In this document: piece by piece, positions 51,122 through 64,000 of the stretch
How positions within the stretch are numbered: the stretch's first letter is position 1
How the letters are laid out: every line of letters begins with the position of its first letter
Origin: Mytilus trossulus
Lineage: Eukaryota
DNA length: 64,000 nt
Direction: 5' to 3'
NCBI RefSeq assembly: GCF_036588685.1
Contig: NC_086373.1
Location: 101,990,001-102,054,000 of the forward strand
Position numbers and translations under genes: made by a program
The notes under the pieces: model-generated
Databases searched by the model: none
What the model was told of the DNA's origin: nothing
What the model saw: only the letters and a program-made list of their open reading frames with translations

Positions 51122-54100
51122 TTCATTGGAAGACTAAATATTGTTACATGCATCAAGGCATGTTTAAATATATCAAAAACTCCGAAACCCAAGGTAATTT
51201 CAGTTGAATGTCATATTTAATAAATAGTACTATTTCAAAACGTTATTCATTAGATGAACATGCGTTATACAAAGTTTTCCCTGTAATAAACTTATAAGTT
51301 CATCGAATCAATCTATCCAAAATATTACATGACAAGAGCGATGCCATTATTTTGCAATAGCAATTACCTCAATTATATTTGTATTCAAAAAGTCATTAAG
51401 ATATCGAACATCATACATGATTCCACGACATTTCAAACAATCAGGGTTCAGTTCCGAAATTGAGTAAGCCTAACCCTCTTAGCGCATTCGAGATCATACT
51501 CGGTTTTTATCGGGATTTATTGTTGTGCAGCGCCTTTAGCTGTAATGTTGTGTTTTGTGTACTGTTGTCTGGCTGTTAGTACCGTTTTCGTTTTGCCATG
51601 ATGTTGCCAACTTATGAGTTTGACGTTCCGTCGGTCATTTTTTAAGTATGATGATAAAAATCGGAGGTTTTTTCCCCTCTCTCCATAGTTATCATCACTG
51701 AAGAGACATGTATTGTCGAAATGCGCATCTGGTGCAAGAAAATTGGTACCGTTAATTTTATTATTATCAACTATAACCCCTGTTTTAAACAATGCAATGG
51801 TCAATTTTACATCCAATGATAAATAAAAGCAATCAATACCTACTAGCACATTGATTAATCGTGCATTCGCGGGAATTAAAACGGAAACGATTTTCTCCAT
51901 TACATTCTTGTGTTGCTTGAGAAATAAAATACCTGAGATATATCTCTTCTATATACAATGTATACTGAAAATAATTACATTTGTTAAATATGATATATTG
52001 TTGACCATAACATATTGACAAAGGATAAAATTGAACCAGTCTGTATCTTTTAGGGTACACACTTTGACCTTAAAGTCGAAATAATACTTACATTCCTGTA
52101 ATAAACAATGAATGAAGTAAACATATCAAATGTTTCGTTATCAATACACACCTGATACAAAAAGTATGGGACACCAAAGGCGGCTTCATTGGTGTTCTGT
52201 AATGTGACTAAAAGCTGAGAGTTACATCGTTTTATATCGTAATATATACATATGACAGGTTTTTTTTAGTTTATGGCGCATATATTTGTAATACGGATTT
52301 ACAGTTGAGGGATAATACAAATTTTATTCTAATATCAACTTTTCATTTAATAACTAGAAAATTTCTAACCATTCCGAATTGAATATATTTATAAATGATA
52401 TCTAGGTTTATGTTTTATGTTTGCTATTGATTTGTTTCTGAATTCTTCGATAAATCTTTTAGATTTATTTTCATAGCTTTCAAGGTTTCTTTTAAGATTT
52501 AAAAGTCTACCTCGTTAACTTTGTTAAATATTAGCTACCCTCAGCATTTCTCATATGAAAACGATGAATGTTAGTTAGTTGATAGTTTCCGATTTGATAT
52601 ACAAGGAGAAGTGGTATGATCGCCTATGAGACAACTGACCACAAGAGACCAAACTGACACAGATATTAACAACTATAGGTCACCGTACAGCCTTCAACAA
52701 TGAGCAAGGCCCATACCGCATAATCAGCTATAAAAGGCCCCGATATTACAATGTAAAAAACAATTCCAACGAGAAAACTAACTACCTTATCACATAATGT
52801 GTTCGACTTTGATCTTCCATTGAATGAAAACAGAAATGATACGGGATCTGAGAATTTTAAGCAAACCATGTCTTTCATCCAATATGTTAATTATGAACTT
52901 TGATTAAAAATGAATACTATAATACAATAAAGAAACAAAATAGAAGAACTAACGTATATTTTTGTTTATACTGACCACATAATGAAATGAGTTTAACTTA
53001 CATATTATACTTACATACCCGATACCCGTATTGTGAAATGATAAACAGGTAAAACTTAAAAGATAAAAATATGGATACCAATCCAGAGTAATGATCAATA
53101 CACGCCTGGTTAAAGTATGGAATATCAAGGGCGACTATATTACTAGTATTCTGTAACACATAAACGTGTTTATCTTTGTTTTTCTTTCAGTTTTGTATTC
53201 TATTATATTCATATATTTTTGTGTAGTAGATAGTTTTTCTCTATTTAATCTATGTCAATTCATTTCGAGTCATGGCATTCTTGTTCGGTAAAATATTCAT
53301 GAATTGTTGGAAGGTATAAAAAAGCTGCAACGTTTTGGTGTCTTACAAGAAAAAACGCATTATGCACGAAAAGATTTAAATGATGTTGATCAGATATTGT
53401 TTATTGGCATCGTAATAAAGTAAAGACAAGTTGATAGTTTCAGATTACTAGTATATCTGTAAAAGGATAAATACCAAGTGGGCCATCAACAAAGATTTAG
53501 ATTAAGCACAAATAATACACTCAGTACAATGGAGAAAAAACTACGAACAGACAAACAACAATAACAAATTATTACACAGAAAACTGTTGACGATTAAGGA
53601 AAACAAGCACCACCAAAAATTGGAGATGAACTAAGATTGTGTGAGACATGATAATGCAAGCATAAATTATAACTTGGATTATGTTTTATTACGAATGAAA
53701 TTAGTCTCAGTTTAAACTGAACAATGAATATTCTCTAAGTCGAGTCCAGTCAAACTAAGATTCAACCTCAAACTAATTGCAACAGAAAATGTTTTAGTTC
53801 TAATCTATAGCATTATGCCCTTTTTATACACAGAAAAAAGTCCCATAAAATGTAACTTCAGGAAAACTCAAAGTCAGCATTTTTAATTTCCTATGGAAAT
53901 TAACATTGGAAAAGGAAATAACTCTTGCAAAAATGAGTCAATTTTTGGTCAATTTTTGGTTGCTTTTTCTTGAAATTTATGTAAAGTATGAAAGGTTGAT
54001 GGGGTTATAAGTTTGTATTTGACTAAAATATATAATCTTCTCCTCATGAAATGTTCAAAACCAAAGTGTTATGGGTAGTTTTATTTTTTCGTGCGTTTTT

Positions 54101-54564
54101 CATTACAGAAATTGCAAATTTTAAGCTTTGTAACCATTTTGAAAAAATAATGTGAAAATTTGGTACTGTTAATATCTGTATATTATATTTTTTTTTAGCA
54201 ACTTACTTATCTAAAGAATCTTTAAACCACAAAAAGAAGAAAACATGCTTAATTATTTTTATTAAATTTGAGATTGGAGTATTTCTGTATTAAAAAATAT
54301 TTGAACACAAGTGGATAGGTTACTCTTCACTACTATAGTAATTTGTTTTTAATTTCTATTAGATCTTTGATATTTACACTATGATCTCAAATTTTCTTTC
54401 TTTTTGTTTCTTTTATTTTTTAAGTTTGTTTTTCATTTTGACACAGTATTACTTATTGTATGGAAACTATGATGTATTTAGGATACAGCAGGAAATTAAT
54501 GCAGACAAGGTAGAGGAGGTCAGACATTTCAGAGTTACATTATCACTTACTTATTTAAACTACT

Positions 54565-57500
54565 ATGGGAGAATACGATCGCATTACACTTCTCAAGTAT
54601 TTATTATTCAGCTATGTCAAGGTTTAAATTCAAAGGAGAAAAGGAGAGATGTTTTTTTTATTATCTTTAAGCAAAAAACTGCCACATATATTGTTTACAA
54701 GATACACATTTTTCAGACAAAGAAGAAATATCAATAAAAAATATATGGGGAGGAGACTGTATTTTCAATTCTTTTGCAAGAAACAAAGGAGGGTAGCAAT
54801 ATTTATTACCAAAAACTTTGAATACAAGATACATAGGATAAAAAAAGATGATCAAGGAAATCTGTTAGGAATTGATTTTGAAATTGAAGGAAAAAGAATA
54901 ACTTTGATAAGCTTCTATGGTCCATATAAAGATTCACCTGAATTTTATTCTAGAGTAAGTTATACAATAGAAGACTTGAACAACCAATCAGTTATAATAA
55001 CTGGAGATTATAATTTAGTCAAAAACAAAAATCTTGATACTTTTATTTACCAAAATGTAAATAATCCGAAAGCCAAAGAGAAAGTTTTAAATTTAATAGA
55101 AAATTATGATTTAAGGTAGATCATAAGTATATATTTTTTTAGGCAGATTTTTCTTATAATTTGCCAAAATAAAGATTTTACTATGCTTTTTTCAAAAATT
55201 TAATAAAAAGTATGGGTCACCGTGCTATTTTTCAAGCTGTGAGTCGTTGAAAATTGCCAAAATTTGGTTAGTTTGTTCATGAAAAAACACATTAGTGTGC
55301 ATAAAAAAAATCTATGAGATAGAATTTTATAATAAATTGTGAGAAGATAGGTTTCATAATATGTTTTAAGAAAATAAAAAGTAGACATTGTGTCACCGAA
55401 CTCGTTTTCTTGCTACAAGTAAAAAGTAAAAAAAATCCCAATTAGCCCAGTATAAATTTTGTACTAAAAGAGCTGTCTCCCCTAAAATGGCTCATTTGAT
55501 AAAAATGATTTTAGAACCAAAAAAATTGATATATGTAGAAATATTTTGTTTAATACAATTAATTAACAAGTTTTCTTTATATAAAAAACCAGTTTAACTA
55601 TTAAAATGCATATCTTTCTCCAAATTTGCGGATTTAGGCAAATAACTAGACCGATTTTGTACTGTAATTGTACAATCCGAGATGGCGGTATACCATCAAA
55701 CTACCTTAACAGATCCCTATAGGGAATTGTACCCTGAACTAAAAAAAAAATACATGGAGAAAAAATAATCCCATTAAACAAGCAAGATTGGATTTCTTTT
55801 TATTATCGCAAAGCCTTAATCAACATGTACTTTTATACACATTCTTAACAGTTATAGATCTGATCACTCCCCAATAATGTTACATTTAAAGATGAATAAC
55901 TTTATAATTGGTAAAGGTCTATGGAAATTTAACAATTCACTTTTACATGACATTGAATATTCAGCTGCTGTTAAAGAGACTATAAATAAAGTAAAAGAAC
56001 AATATGCATCACTAGTATACAACAGAGAAACATTAAAAAAGATAAATGACTTAGAAATTCAATTTACTATAAACGATCAACTCTTTCTAGAAACTTTATT
56101 AACAGAAATAAGAGGAAAATCAATTCCATATGCTTCTTTTAGGAAGAAACAAAAAGATAAAAAAGAAAGAATACTATTAGAAGATATTAAAAAACTAGAA
56201 GAACAAATATTGTCAGAAGAAATATTTATTGAAACTGAAAAAAAAAAGGAAACTGAGCTTAAAGTATTAAGACAAGAAAAGATGGGGGGGGGGGGGGGGG
56301 GGGGTCTTACATCAGATCCAAAATGCATTGGCTCACACCGAACAACAAGCTATAAAGGGCCCCAAAATTACTAGTGTAAAACCATTCAAACGGGAAAACC
56401 AACGGTCTACACGTATATATTACATAAACAAACGACAACTACTGTACATCAGATTATAAACTAAAACAGAAAGTTTGAATAATGTCAACCTAAATAATGA
56501 AATCCCTGATACTGATATGAAAAAATAAATAATACCATCAGAGAATCTTTGAAGGGTGAAATTACTTATGGTGAATTAACAACAGCTTTGCGAAAAATGA
56601 AAAATGAAAAAAAGTCCTGGGTCAGATGGTTTCAGAAATGAATTTTTCAAGTTTTTTTTTTATAGATATAGAAAAATTTGTATTTCGGTCTATAAATAAT
56701 GGTTACAAAAAGGGGGAGTTATCAATTACTCAAAGACAAGGTACATGCATTATAACCTGTATACCAAAGGAAGATAAACCTAGCCAGTTCATGAAAAATT
56801 GGCGACCAATAAGTTTGCAAATACCACATATAAATTAGAATCAAGCTGCATAGCTGAGCGAGTAAAATTAGTTCTACCCCAAATTATAAACAGTTATTAG
56901 ACTGGTTTTATTCCGGGTAGATTTATAGGGGAGAATACTCGTCTTATTTACGATATATTATTTCATACAGAACTAAATGATTTACCAGGACTGCTCCTTC
57001 TCACAAGTTTTAAAAAAAAAGCTTTTGATTCTGTATCATGGAACTTCATTAAAGACGTTTTAGATTTTTTTCAATTTCGGCCCCTCTTTAAAACAATGGG
57101 TAAGAACCTTTTACAAAAATATAAGTTCTAGAGTTTCTCAAAATTGTTTTTTATCTGAATTCTTTGAAATTCAAAGAGGTTGTCGACAAGGGGATCCTTT
57201 ATCTCCTTATATATTTCTTTTATGTGCAGATATACTTGGAATATTAATTAGAAAAAAAAAAAAGAAATAAAGGGAATTAAAATAGATGACACTGAATATT
57301 TGATCTCTCAATATGCTGTGACACGTCAATTATTCTTGACGGTACACCAGAGTCCCTTGATGCATCTCTCCGCTTATTACATAAATATGCTGAAATGTCT
57401 GGTCTCCGTATGAACTTAGACAAGACAAAGGCGGTGTGAATAGGGAAGAAAAATATAGTCAAGACACCATGTGTGTAAAGTGGGGATTGGAATGGGGTTC

Positions 57501-58720
57501 CAGTAGGTTTACACTATTAGGAATAAACTTTTCTATCAATTTGCAAGAAATGGAATCGTTGAACTATTATCCTAAAATAAAAGAAATTGAAAATATAATC
57601 AATATTTGGTCTAGACAAACACTTACTCCATTGGGAAAGATAACAATTATCAAGACACTAATTATTTCAAAATTAAATCATCTGTTTTTAACATTACCAA
57701 CACAATGCAATACTACTCTTAAACAACTTGTTCGTACACTATATTCATTTATTTGGGAAAACAAGCCTGACAAGATTAAAAGAGAAATACTATGTCTTGA
57801 ACATAAATTTGGGGGGCTGAAAATGTTAGATATTGAGGAATATATAAAAGGGTTAAAATTAACGTGGGTCCGACGGTTGCTAATAAACAATACAAAACTC
57901 AAAAAGCTTATAGAAAGCACAAAACATATTGATATTGAAAATCTAGTATTTCTAGGCCCACCAAACAAATGTAAAAACCCTTTTGGAAAGAGGTTTTTAA
58001 ATCATGGACATAAATGCAAAATAAACTTAAACCAAAAAATGAAGAAGAATTTTTAACAGTTTCACTTTGGAATAATGAATATATCAAAAAAGGTAGCAGA
58101 TCTGTGTTCCGTGTTGTAAAGACTGGGCTTATAACGGTATTTTTTTAATTAATGATCTGGTAGATAATGAGGGTCAATTAATGTCGTTTGAGCAATGCAA
58201 AAAAAAATATGAAATTAAATCTAACTTTCCAGTTTATAATGGAGTTATATCAGCAATTAAATCATATCAAAATTCTCTTAAACATAATATCTCTATAGAA
58301 AATCTTTATAAAGTTCATAGACCAATTCTACCAAATAATATTAGAACATTTTTTTGTTCAATTGAAGGTTCAAAAGATATGTATAATGTTTTCTTAGAAA
58401 AACGTAGTACAAGCCCTATTTATGAAGATAAATGTCTTTAAAGTTCAACAAAAAAATCGATCGGAAAATAGTGCATAATATTTTTTCTACACCACAAAAA
58501 GCTCTAAACTTCATTGGTTCCAGTACAAAATAGTGCACAGAATCATAGGCACAAATGAATTTTTATTTAAAATTAAGATAAAACAATCAGATAAATGTAC
58601 TTTCTATTGAAGATATTGAGCACATATTTTGGACATGCCATAACATTTCAAATTTATGAATTGAACTTGGTGATTGGATTTATAACCAAACACAAATATT
58701 GATTCAAATATATATGGTGT
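54565..58720 (+). mobile_element. Degenerate Tx1/L1-clade LINE ORF2 (APE endonuclease, RT, C-terminal Cys motif)
   Basis: YCLQDTH, VAIFI, ITLISFYGP, ITGDYN, YRSDHSP, KGLWKFNNSLL, KSPGSDGF, NWRPISL, GFIPGRFIGEN, RGCRQGDPLSPY, LTPLGKITIIKTL, GGLKMLD. Many frameshifts. Confidence 0.92.
55115..55705. mobile_element. Non-autonomous DNA transposon with TTAA target duplication (Kolobok-like)
   Basis: ttaa(55111-55114)|ggtag...ctacc|ttaa(55706-55709). Removing it restores the LINE frame ENYDL-TDPYRELYPE. Confidence 0.85.
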
Positions 58721-58795
58721 TTCCTTTTCAGCCGAAGAACATGCTACTGCTTTTAAATTATGTTTACTTGTGTAGCTTTTAAAACATGACCTATG

Positions 58796-59083
58796 TTACC
58801 CAAATACGGGTAATTCACTAGATATTTCATTGAAGAACTTATTAAAAGAACTGAACAAATCATCATGTCTCTTTGCTGCAGCATTTATCAGGCTTTTTCT
58901 TCCAGATTCCGTTGATGATATCAAATTTTCATCATCAACAGAATTGCAGATAATGCAATTGTCAACTAAAAACTTCCACTCTCCTTTTTTTTTGGCATCC
59001 GGAGGGACTAGTTTTAATGAGACTGATAAATTGTCCATTTGATGGAATAAGAAACAAATCAAACACACCTGAAAAGCAAACAA
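58796..59083 (-). other. Possible remnant of a DNA-transposon protein N-terminus
   Basis: CIICNS...LISSTESGRKSLINAAAKRHDD resembles the N-terminal segments of Academ-like transposon proteins. Recalled similarity only. Confidence 0.3.
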
Positions 59084-59257
59084 ACCCTACAATGATATTC
59101 ACGTTTCCCGTTGAATTCAACAAAAACTAATACACAACAATACCAAACAATATAAATTAATCACAAAGCTTTGGAAATTACAAAATGATCAAGAAATATG
59201 CTTAAAAACGACTACAATTAACCTTCGAAAAATTGCTGAATGTTGGACTATAAATAG

Positions 59258-59560
59258 AAAAAAGTAAAATCACAAAAATACTCAGAGGAAAATCAATTTG
59301 GAAAGTCCATAATCACATGGCAAAATCAAAACGCAACAAAAACGAATGGACAAGAATTGTCATATTCCTGACTTGGTACAGGCATTTCCAAATGTAGAAA
59401 ATGGTGGATTAAACCTGGTTCTATAGCGCTAACCCTCTCACTTTAATAACAGTCTCATCAAATTGCACTACATTTACATGATGCGTTAAATAAACAGTCA
59501 CAATTAATAAAATAGTCAAAATATGGGTACATCAGTCATCATCGTATAACAATTTTAAAA
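59258..59560 (-). repeat. 3' tail fragment of the Penelope family seen at 13123-14895
   Basis: Matches 13123-13432. Confidence 0.85.
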
Positions 59561-59589
59561 GGAACCACAACATTCGCCGCTCCAATACT

Positions 59590-61480
59590 AGATAAGTAAA
59601 CTCATTAACAATTTCTAGTACAATATCTTTATAATTAAACTTAATATTATTAAGTAGTCTACCTTTAGAGAAAATTACAATTTTACTTTATGGTACATTC
59701 GATTTCAGTTTCCACAATTTACAGTATTCAGATGAAGTATCCAGTTGTTTTTGTAAGTCAACTTGCGACTCTGATAACAAAACTATATCGTCTGCATATA
59801 ATATATTAAAAAGTTGAAGATAACAATCTAGTTCAGTTTCTAATTCATCTGATAGAGATTTCAAACCATCTATGTTCTTTTCTATTAGAAAATCTTCTTA
59901 ATTATTTACATATAAAGACAAAAGTAAAGGATACACATTTTCCCCTTGCCTAACACCAACATTACATGGGAAAAATTCAGAAAATTCATTACTATAACAA
60001 ATTCTAGATTTTATGTTACTGTACATATTTGTAATAGTATTAAACATTTTACCATTCACAGAGTATTTAAGTAATTTTGACCATAGTCCTGCATGCCAAA
60101 CAGTATGAAAGGCCTTTGCAAAATCAATAAAGGCACACTATTTTTCTTTTTCTGTTTAAATCCAAACTGGTTTTCTTGAAGCAATACGAAATTCTCTAAA
60201 AATGAGCTTACTCTTAGATTGAGTGCTGAAGTAGAAAGTTTACCCAAGCAGCTTAAAATAGTGGTGGGTCTATAATTTAAAAAGGTAAAATATTTCCAAT
60301 AAGCCAAGATTCTGGTATATTTCCTGAACTAAATATAACATTAAAAAGTTTAACATAAACAGACATGAAAATATTACATGTAGACTTTACATACTCATTT
60401 ATAATTAAATCATCACCACATGCTTTTCCATTTTTTAGTTATTTTATACATGTAAAATTTCTACCTCAGTAATACTTCTGTTAATAATTTCATTCAATTC
60501 TTGCCATTCTTCTGAAATAGGTATGTCTCATCTTCAGAAGTTGAAGAATTAAGACTTTTAAAAAATTCGTAAAGAACATCAACAGAAATATTAGCTGTTT
60601 TTACCCCCTGTTTGTATTCAAGATTTCAAAATTCCTTTGCGTTGCTGTTTTTTTATGTGTTTATATTCTTTCTGATTTCTTTTTTATGTTTTTTAATGGA
60701 TCTATCTAGTTGTCTTATATAATCTCTCTCTGACTTTTTCATTTGTTTGCGATTATTGTCCGTCTTAATGGATTTATACCTTCTTTTTGCGATTCTGAAA
60801 CATTTTCTTGTTTTCCAGCATTCTTTGTTATACTTGTGTACCTTTTTATCGTAGTGTTTGTTTCAACCCTTGTAATGAGATCCCAAAACTTTTTCTGCTG
60901 ATTCTAGAAGAATAGCGTTCACCATTTATGTTTTCTTTAGCTAGTATGCTAGTTTCTAGCATGTTCAACTCTGAATCTAATTCGCGGAACTTATTTCTGT
61001 CAATACTCTCAACGAATTCGTTTTCTTTTTCAGTATCCCATGTGTTTATCTTTTTTTACATTTTAATCAGCGCATGTTTCTACGTTTATATTTTTATCTA
61101 TAGTGAACGTTTGTTTAAATGTCAGAGTTAACGATAAAGGTGAGTGAACATCAGAATATAATGACGAAAAATCATGAACAAGCATTTCATTAATACAGTA
61201 TAACAATGGAAATGTACAAATAAAATAATCGACAACACTTGACTGTCTACACGTAAACATGCCTTCTTTATCGCCATTTACTCTACCGTTCAATATAAAT
61301 AAATTATTATTTTTACACATATCAAGTAATAGGTTACCATATGAATTTTTCGTTACATCTTTACTATATCTCTTACGTAACATGTTAAACTGGTTTAAAC
61401 AACTAGCATAATCTACAACAACATTATCGGAATTATCATGATGACTTCCTGAAATCTCTAAAAATATGAATCAGTACTTA
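59590..61480 (-). mobile_element. Degenerate LINE (APE C-part plus RT)
   Basis: KNSYGNLLLDMCKNNNLFILNGR...SVVDYF...YSDVHSP; NYRPTTILSCLGKL; ENQFGF; GVRQGEN..P.LLSLYVNN; ILYADDIV near 59785-59805. Confidence 0.85.
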
Positions 61481-61986
61481 ACTCTTGAATAAATAAAAAG
61501 GTATGAGCCAAGGCTCCGTGTTGAAGGCCGTACTTTAACCTATAATGGTTTAATTTTTAAATTGTTATTTGGATGGAGAGTTGTCTCATTGGCACTCACA
61601 CCACATCTTCCTATATCTATGTATTATAAATAATGTAAACATAAACAATGTTTTATAAATACATTGCTTTATTATTTTATCACGTATTTCAACAAAAAAT
61701 GTATATTGACCTAGACTTATATAAAAAAAAATTGAAGTGTATTATATTGACTCTTCAACACTGAAATGTTCCAAAGTTTTACATTTTGATTCTGCTACTG
61801 AACAAAATATTACCGTGACCATATATCTTTTGCACACTTAATCACAAATAACAAAAAAGGTCATATTTCGTTAATTTCAAATGCAATTTGACCAAAAACA
61901 TTTTTTTGTTAAATCAAGATGAAAATAATCACTTCTATTACAAAATGGATTTCACACTCAAAATAAAAAGATGTTTTCAAACCGGT

Positions 61987-63354
61987 TTAAGTTTTATTGT
62001 ATTCTGGCGGAGGAGCATTGTATGTGTAGCCAGCCAACGCAGGCGCTGATGGAGTTTGACCATTTCCGGTTTGTTGTGTAGGTTGACTTCCTGTTGGTTG
62101 AGTGGGATAGCTTCCTGTCAGTGGTGAAGCATAGTTTCCTGATGGCTGTGATGCATTAGGTGACTGGAATTGTCCCATTCCTACTAAAATGCAAAAATAG
62201 GAAAATATACACTGTTTAAGATTCACATAGAGAGACAGTTATCTACCTTGACAATGATTGATACCCCACCCCCCAAAAAAACCAAACAAACAAAAACAAA
62301 CAAAACCCAAGTCAAAGTAAATTGTAGCTACCACGTTATTTATAGTCAATGTTTAAAACTAAATCTGTATTGACATGTTTGAACATTTTGTTCAAAGTCT
62401 ACAATCAGATTGAATTAATGATTTTTTACACAAAATAAAAATTCCAATAACGACTATCATTTATGAACATAATCTTACCTCCAGTACCTGGGTTCATGAC
62501 CTGTCCAGGTGATCTTTTTCTTTTACACGCAATAAATAATATTACTCCACTAACGACACATATTACAAAAATACCACCAGCAACGCTTCCTATTATTATT
62601 CCGATTCTTGTATAGTCTGAAAACAAATTATTTGAGTTGTTAAATGTACCAAACGAATCTACATTTATAGATAATTTCCAGACAACGTAGACAGGAAAAT
62701 TTGAAGAATCAGTTTATGAATATTAAAAATAACAGAGTTGGATCAAGTCTTCGCCTTTCACTTTAAATTTATAGTTGGTTTTTTTTCTTTTGCTGAACAT
62801 CAAAATTAGATCGGTTTTTCAAACCTTCTGACCATGTTATGCATGAATGTTTGTTTTTTCTGATTTAAAAAAAAAACATTTTATACTATTACTAAATTTG
62901 ATTTATAATTGGGGAATGTTCATACAATATGAGCTACAATCGCGAAATTCTACCTTTTCAAAATTAACAATGCCTCGTTGTTCTTTAAAATGTATAATCA
63001 TCTACAAACATGACAAATGCACTGATGTTTTATCAATATTTTCACTCGTCATAAAAAAAGGTGAAAATTCAAGAGCAAACTGCTCAACCTAAAAGATGGC
63101 TAAGAATAATATATATACTGAAAAACAACGTCAGTGAAGTGCGACCTTCAGCTTCCAGATGCATTATAATTATGTTAATGAAGGAAACTGTAGTCATGTT
63201 GTAACTTACAATTGTATGTCATTACAGCTTCAACTGTCAGTTTTACTTGAACATTCTGCCGAGTTTTTGAACCTTTGGGTTTTAGAAAGATGTACATATA
63301 TTCATCTTGTTCTCCACAATATTTCGTTATTGGTTTGTCATAACATGTATATGT
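61987..63354 (-). CDS. Paralog C (5'-partial): exons 63354-63210, 62616-62479, 62183-61987
   Basis: TYTCYDKPITKYCGEQDEYMYIFLKPKGSKTRQNVQVKLTVEAVMTYN/YYTRIGIIIGSVAGGIFVICVVSGVILFIACKRKR.../VGMGQFQSP...YNAPPPEYNKT*. Exons 3 and 4 have the same sizes as in B (145, 138 nt) and the frames are open. Confidence 0.88.
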
Positions 63355-63918
63355 CTAAAAAAAAAAAAAAAAAAAAACATGATTAAAAATAAAAAATCCA
63401 AACGAGGAAACTTTTGTAAACAAAGTAAGCATACGCATAAATTTAATTTACATGCCACTTAAAACCATAAAACATAAAACTGGGTATAAAATGATGCTTG
63501 GTTGAACAAATGAAGAGTTCGGTCAAAGAAACAAGCAAATCGGAAACATGTGTCTGAATTTAGGCCACTAATGTTGAATATTCAATTTGTAATATCAAAC
63601 ATGTATTTTCCTTCAGTGGGTGGGCCATGCACTCTGTGATATCGTGATTGCATCCCCTGATCTCTGTCCAGTGTTCAAGACATCTTAGCAAACTTTGCTT
63701 TAGAAAAAAATCGACAGCATGTTTTAGCCTTTGCTCGTCGGTTTTATTTACGACTGTAAAACAGAACCTGATGTAGTGGTGTTACATGTCGAATTAACAT
63801 CTAGTCGATTAGCTGTTTTTTGTCTGTTGTAAAAGGTTGACATAATATCTCCCCTTAGCAGCAATATACTAAATAAATATGAGTATTGGATATACATTTC
63901 ACAACTCGTTCAGTATTC

Positions 63919-64000
63919 AAAAAGTAAAATCACAAAAATACTGAACTCAGAGGAAAATCAATTTGGAAAGTCCATAATCACATGGCAAAATCAAATAACA
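63919..64000 (-). repeat. 3' end of another copy of the 13123-14895 Penelope family (runs off window)
   Basis: aaaaagtaaaatcacaaaaatactgaactcagaggaaaatcaat... matches 13123 onward. Confidence 0.85.

Noticed and set aside
104-64000. Numerous 60-120 aa ORFs in the supplied track
   Set aside because: Most are antisense or off-frame to exons and TEs, or are low-complexity AT-rich chance ORFs with alternative starts.

Overview
AT-rich, intron- and repeat-rich animal DNA. The repeat landscape and gene types suggest a bivalve, probably Mytilus (inference). Host genes are all on the minus strand. One is a spliced, secreted coiled-coil + C-type lectin (perlucin-like) gene. The others are three paralogs of a single-pass membrane protein (signal peptide, Cys-containing CUB-like ectodomain, TM helix, cytoplasmic tail): copy A is disrupted, B is intact, C runs off the window. 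The rest is transposable elements and tandem repeats. Highlights: (1) A near full-length Penelope-like retroelement of the Naiad type (N-terminal GIY-YIG, CxC linker, C-terminal RT, pseudo-LTRs) has four in-frame TGA codons, all at family Cys positions. It also has a canonical type II SECIS hairpin about 50 nt after its stop codon, so it appears to encode a selenoprotein. (2) An 11.7-kb, 56-bp minisatellite (about 208 copies) is an amplification of the 3' splice site plus the first codons of exon 3 of paralog A. A second, 51-bp array in the same gene repeats a 5' splice-donor consensus. (3) A covarying three-hairpin RNA motif is shared by the 3' tails of several different repeat families. The giant ORFs at 19.9-31.6 kb are by-products of the satellite. 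All exon models were read by eye, with no alignment or folding software.
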